Origin: the human T2T-CHM13v2.0 reference genome, Homo sapiens
DNA: 64,000 nucleotides
Strand: one strand, 5' to 3'
Assembly (NCBI RefSeq): GCF_009914755.1
Contig: NC_060931.1
Part shown: positions 60,670 through 64,000 of the stretch, piece after piece
Numbering within the stretch: the first letter of the stretch is position 1
How the letters are laid out: the number at the start of each line of letters is the position of its first letter
Translations under genes and position numbers: made by a program
The notes under the pieces: generated by a model
Databases searched by the model: none
What the model was told of the DNA's origin: nothing
Seen by the model: only the letters and a program-made list of their open reading frames with translations

Positions 60670-63050
60670 TTTTTATCTGTAAGAAAATTAACAGTTAATT
60701 CTATATAATCAATATACAATCCATATAAAATCTCTTCTAATTTTCTCTAAAAAAGCCTTTTATAGATTTTTTTCCCCCAAATCTACGATCCAGTGAAGTT
60801 TACACATTACATTTGGTTTTTGGTCTCTTTAGTCTCTTTTAATCTAGAACAGTAGCCTTCCCTTTGTCCTGACATTGACTGTTCTATTTAAGAGTTCAGG
60901 CTGGCTGTCTTATAGAATGTCCCTTATTTTGGATTTGTCTGAGTGTTTTTCACATGATTAGATTCAACTTAGATAATTTCTTGGCAAGGATACGTCATAG
61001 GCAATGATGTGCACTTTTTATTGCTTCAAAGCTTGAGGCTCTTATCAGGTTGTCCAACTTTTGGTGAGTCTAAATTTGATCACTTGTTTTAGAAGATGAC
61101 TGTGATTATTTTATTGTAAAAGCTATGGCTTTGTAATTGATGTCATCTGTAGACTAATATTTTGAGAGTTTCAAATATCTTGTTCTCCAACAACTTTTCA
61201 CCTAATGGCTTTACCATTGATTGATGATTCTTGCCTGCATTAGTTATTACATTGCAATTGAAAGATAGGTTATGTTTCTCATTCTGTGATTTTTTCTATA
61301 TTTATGAAGCAGTATATTTTGTAAACACAGTTATCCCCATGGTATACATGGGGGATTGGTTCTAGGAACCAATCAGAGGATGCTCAAGTCCCTTATGTAA
61401 AATGACATAGTATTGGCATATAACCTATGCACATCATCCCATACACTTTAAATTATTGCTAGATTACTTAGAATTCCCAATACATCACATCACTTCATTT
61501 GTGAATTTACTTCATAGTAAAATCAAGTTTTGCCTTTTGGAACTTTGGCAAACTTTTTTGATCTGTCGTTTGTTGAATCTACAAATGTGGAACCCACAGA
61601 TATGGAGGGCCAACTGTATAAGGTTTTCTATTTCCGTTATTGCTTCTCTCTCTCTCTCTCCCTGTTGCTCTCTCAATCAGATTACTTAGGACATTTTTAT
61701 GACTGTTTATAACCCATAAGCCTCTTCAAGAACAACATTGCTCTTTTGAATCCCACTAGTTTTAGAGAATTTCTTTGCTTTCAGACATAACAGAATATCC
61801 CAGATTCACCTTGTCCCACCCCAAACCAGCAATCAAGCACTTTTATAAGAAGAAGGAGCTCTGGTTCCTTTTAATGAGGAATGGAACTTAGAAACCAAGA
61901 TCTGAGTACCATATGCACTCATTGTTCTTGAGATACAAAGAGTTATTGATGCAATTAGGTTATTGATTTTTCAGTCTTTTTTCTTCTCTATCAATTTTCT
62001 TGTAAGTGTGGGGTTGGCTACATCCCCAAAGTTTTGAAATAAAGTAATTCATTACACTCACTTTAAAATATTTTCTAAATTGCTACTGTGATTTCTTCTT
62101 TGAGATATAAGTTTTTTAAAGAAGATTATTACTTAATTTCCAAATCTGTGAGGATTTTCTGGTTTTCTTTCTGCTGTTATATTATTTTAGTACTTTGAAG
62201 AATATGAAGACTTGCCTGGCCCAGCATATGATCAATTGTGTTAAACATTCTATGTGAACTTGAAAAGAATGTGAATTCTACAATTTAGATGTAAGTTTAT
62301 TAATCTGTTAGTTAGATCAACTTTGTTAGTAATGTTCAAATCTTCTATATCTTTATTGATTTCTAATCTGTTTTATTAGTTACAAAGAGATATGTGTTAA
62401 AATCTCCAATTATGGCTGTGAATTTGTGTTTTATGTGTTTTTGTTTTACATAGAGAAAGACAATGTTAGTAGGTACATAAAAATCTAGAACTGCCATATC
62501 ATTCTAGTGAATCAAAGCTTTAATTATGAAATATTCCTCTTTATTGGCAGTAATGCTTCTTGCCACTATTAGTATAACTATATGAGCTTTCTTTTAGTTT
62601 TTGAATACTATTTTTTTTCATCCTTTTACTTTTGGTCTTTTATTTCAACTTAAGAAAAGTCTTTTGTAAGCAGCATAAGTTTTTAAATTTTTTTTAAATC
62701 CAGTCTGAAAATCTTTGCTAGAGTTTTCGGTCTATTTACATTTACTGTAAGTACCATTATATTTGAGTTCAAATCTGCCACATTACTCTCTGCATTCTAT
62801 TTACCCACCTCTGTTGTGCTTTTTTCTTTTCTTGCCTTCTGTCAGATTATTTTCTTATTATTTATATTATCTGCCTTGTTAGACTGATAATTGTATATTA
62901 CTCTTTTATTCTTTTAGTGGTTACTCTAATGGTTACATTGCTGACTTATTAAAGTCTAATAAAAACTAATACTCAGCATTTCTTAGACAATGCAAACACA
63001 TTGGAACATATTAACATGATTTATACCATTCCTGCTTTTTGTGTTATTAT
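60670..63050 (-). mobile_element. Old L1MC/ME relics with a MER8/MER2-like MITE (61328-61616)
   Basis: T-rich ORF2-like text; MITE cagttatcccc...gagggccaactg. Confidence 0.65.
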
Positions 63051-63277
63051 TAAAAAGTATGTTTAACTCTATAAAACATTGTTTATATTGTTTTATAAAG
63101 TCAATGTTTATGCAGAGTTATATTTATTATGTAGTCTTTTCATTGTTTTTCACTTCTGCTATATCTCTGTGCTGCCTTGTTGGATCATTTTTCTATGAGC
63201 AGATCCTTATAGCATATCTTTGAAATAATTACTGACACAATTACTGACGTAAGAGTACATGTTAAGAAATGAATATG

Positions 63278-63572
<295 letters not shown>

Positions 63573-64000
63573 TACTAATATGAAATATAGCAGGGATACA
63601 GAAGACAAGTGAGTTGGGAAGTATTAAATTTGAAGAATTGGAAGGAAGGTCAAACAGGGGACTGTTTATAAGAGAGCTTCTTATTTCTTCAGGCTAACAA
63701 CTGGCTTGCAGGTTTAAGACTCTTTAACAATCCAATAATAAGAGTCAACTTTAAAACTTTTAGGTGAAGCTTAAAATTGGGAAGAAATTGACTTTGAACC
63801 ATAAGGGGAGTTGGTCCAATGATAGTGTTTTAGATTGGCATGTTGTGTTTTGATTACAATTATTCCATTCAGATTGCTTTCTACCCTCTACAATCTACGC
63901 ATGAGCACAGAGGAGGAAAAGCCTGTAATAAAAGAGAAAAAAAAGAAAAGAAAAGAAAAATAAAAAAAGAGGCAGTGTATATTTTTTAGATTCTTTTAAG

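Overview
AT-rich primate (human/ape-like) nuclear DNA, heavily filled with interspersed repeats. It has about 30 Alus, one full-length decayed L1PA7/8-type element (37293-44428, minus strand), a two-LTR MLT1 (MaLR) relic, solo LTRs (LTR12C, MER52, MER51, MLT2A, MST, MLT1), DNA-transposon MITEs, and L2/MIR/L1M relics. I found no intact protein-coding gene, and most ORF-track entries are repeat-derived. The main non-repeat signal is a chain of about 14 exon-like segments on the minus strand (about 33.7 kb down to 0.4 kb). They have intact or singly mutated splice sites, several compatible phases, and translations with repeated RGS-domain-like motifs. My best reading is a long-dead, multi-exon RGS22/RGSL1-like unitary pseudogene; this is pattern recognition and has not been tested by a search. 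Other notable items: an orphan 3'-transduction-like insert inside an AluY inside the L1; independent Alu insertions at the same site of a local duplication; an A-to-G hypermutated L1 3' fragment; a triplicated target site shared by an L1 and an Alu; two tailless Alus with TSDs; a 78-bp palindrome; a short templated insertion; and a CTCF site with its upstream motif. Repeat subfamily names come from recalled consensus features, and boundaries without a stated TSD are approximate.
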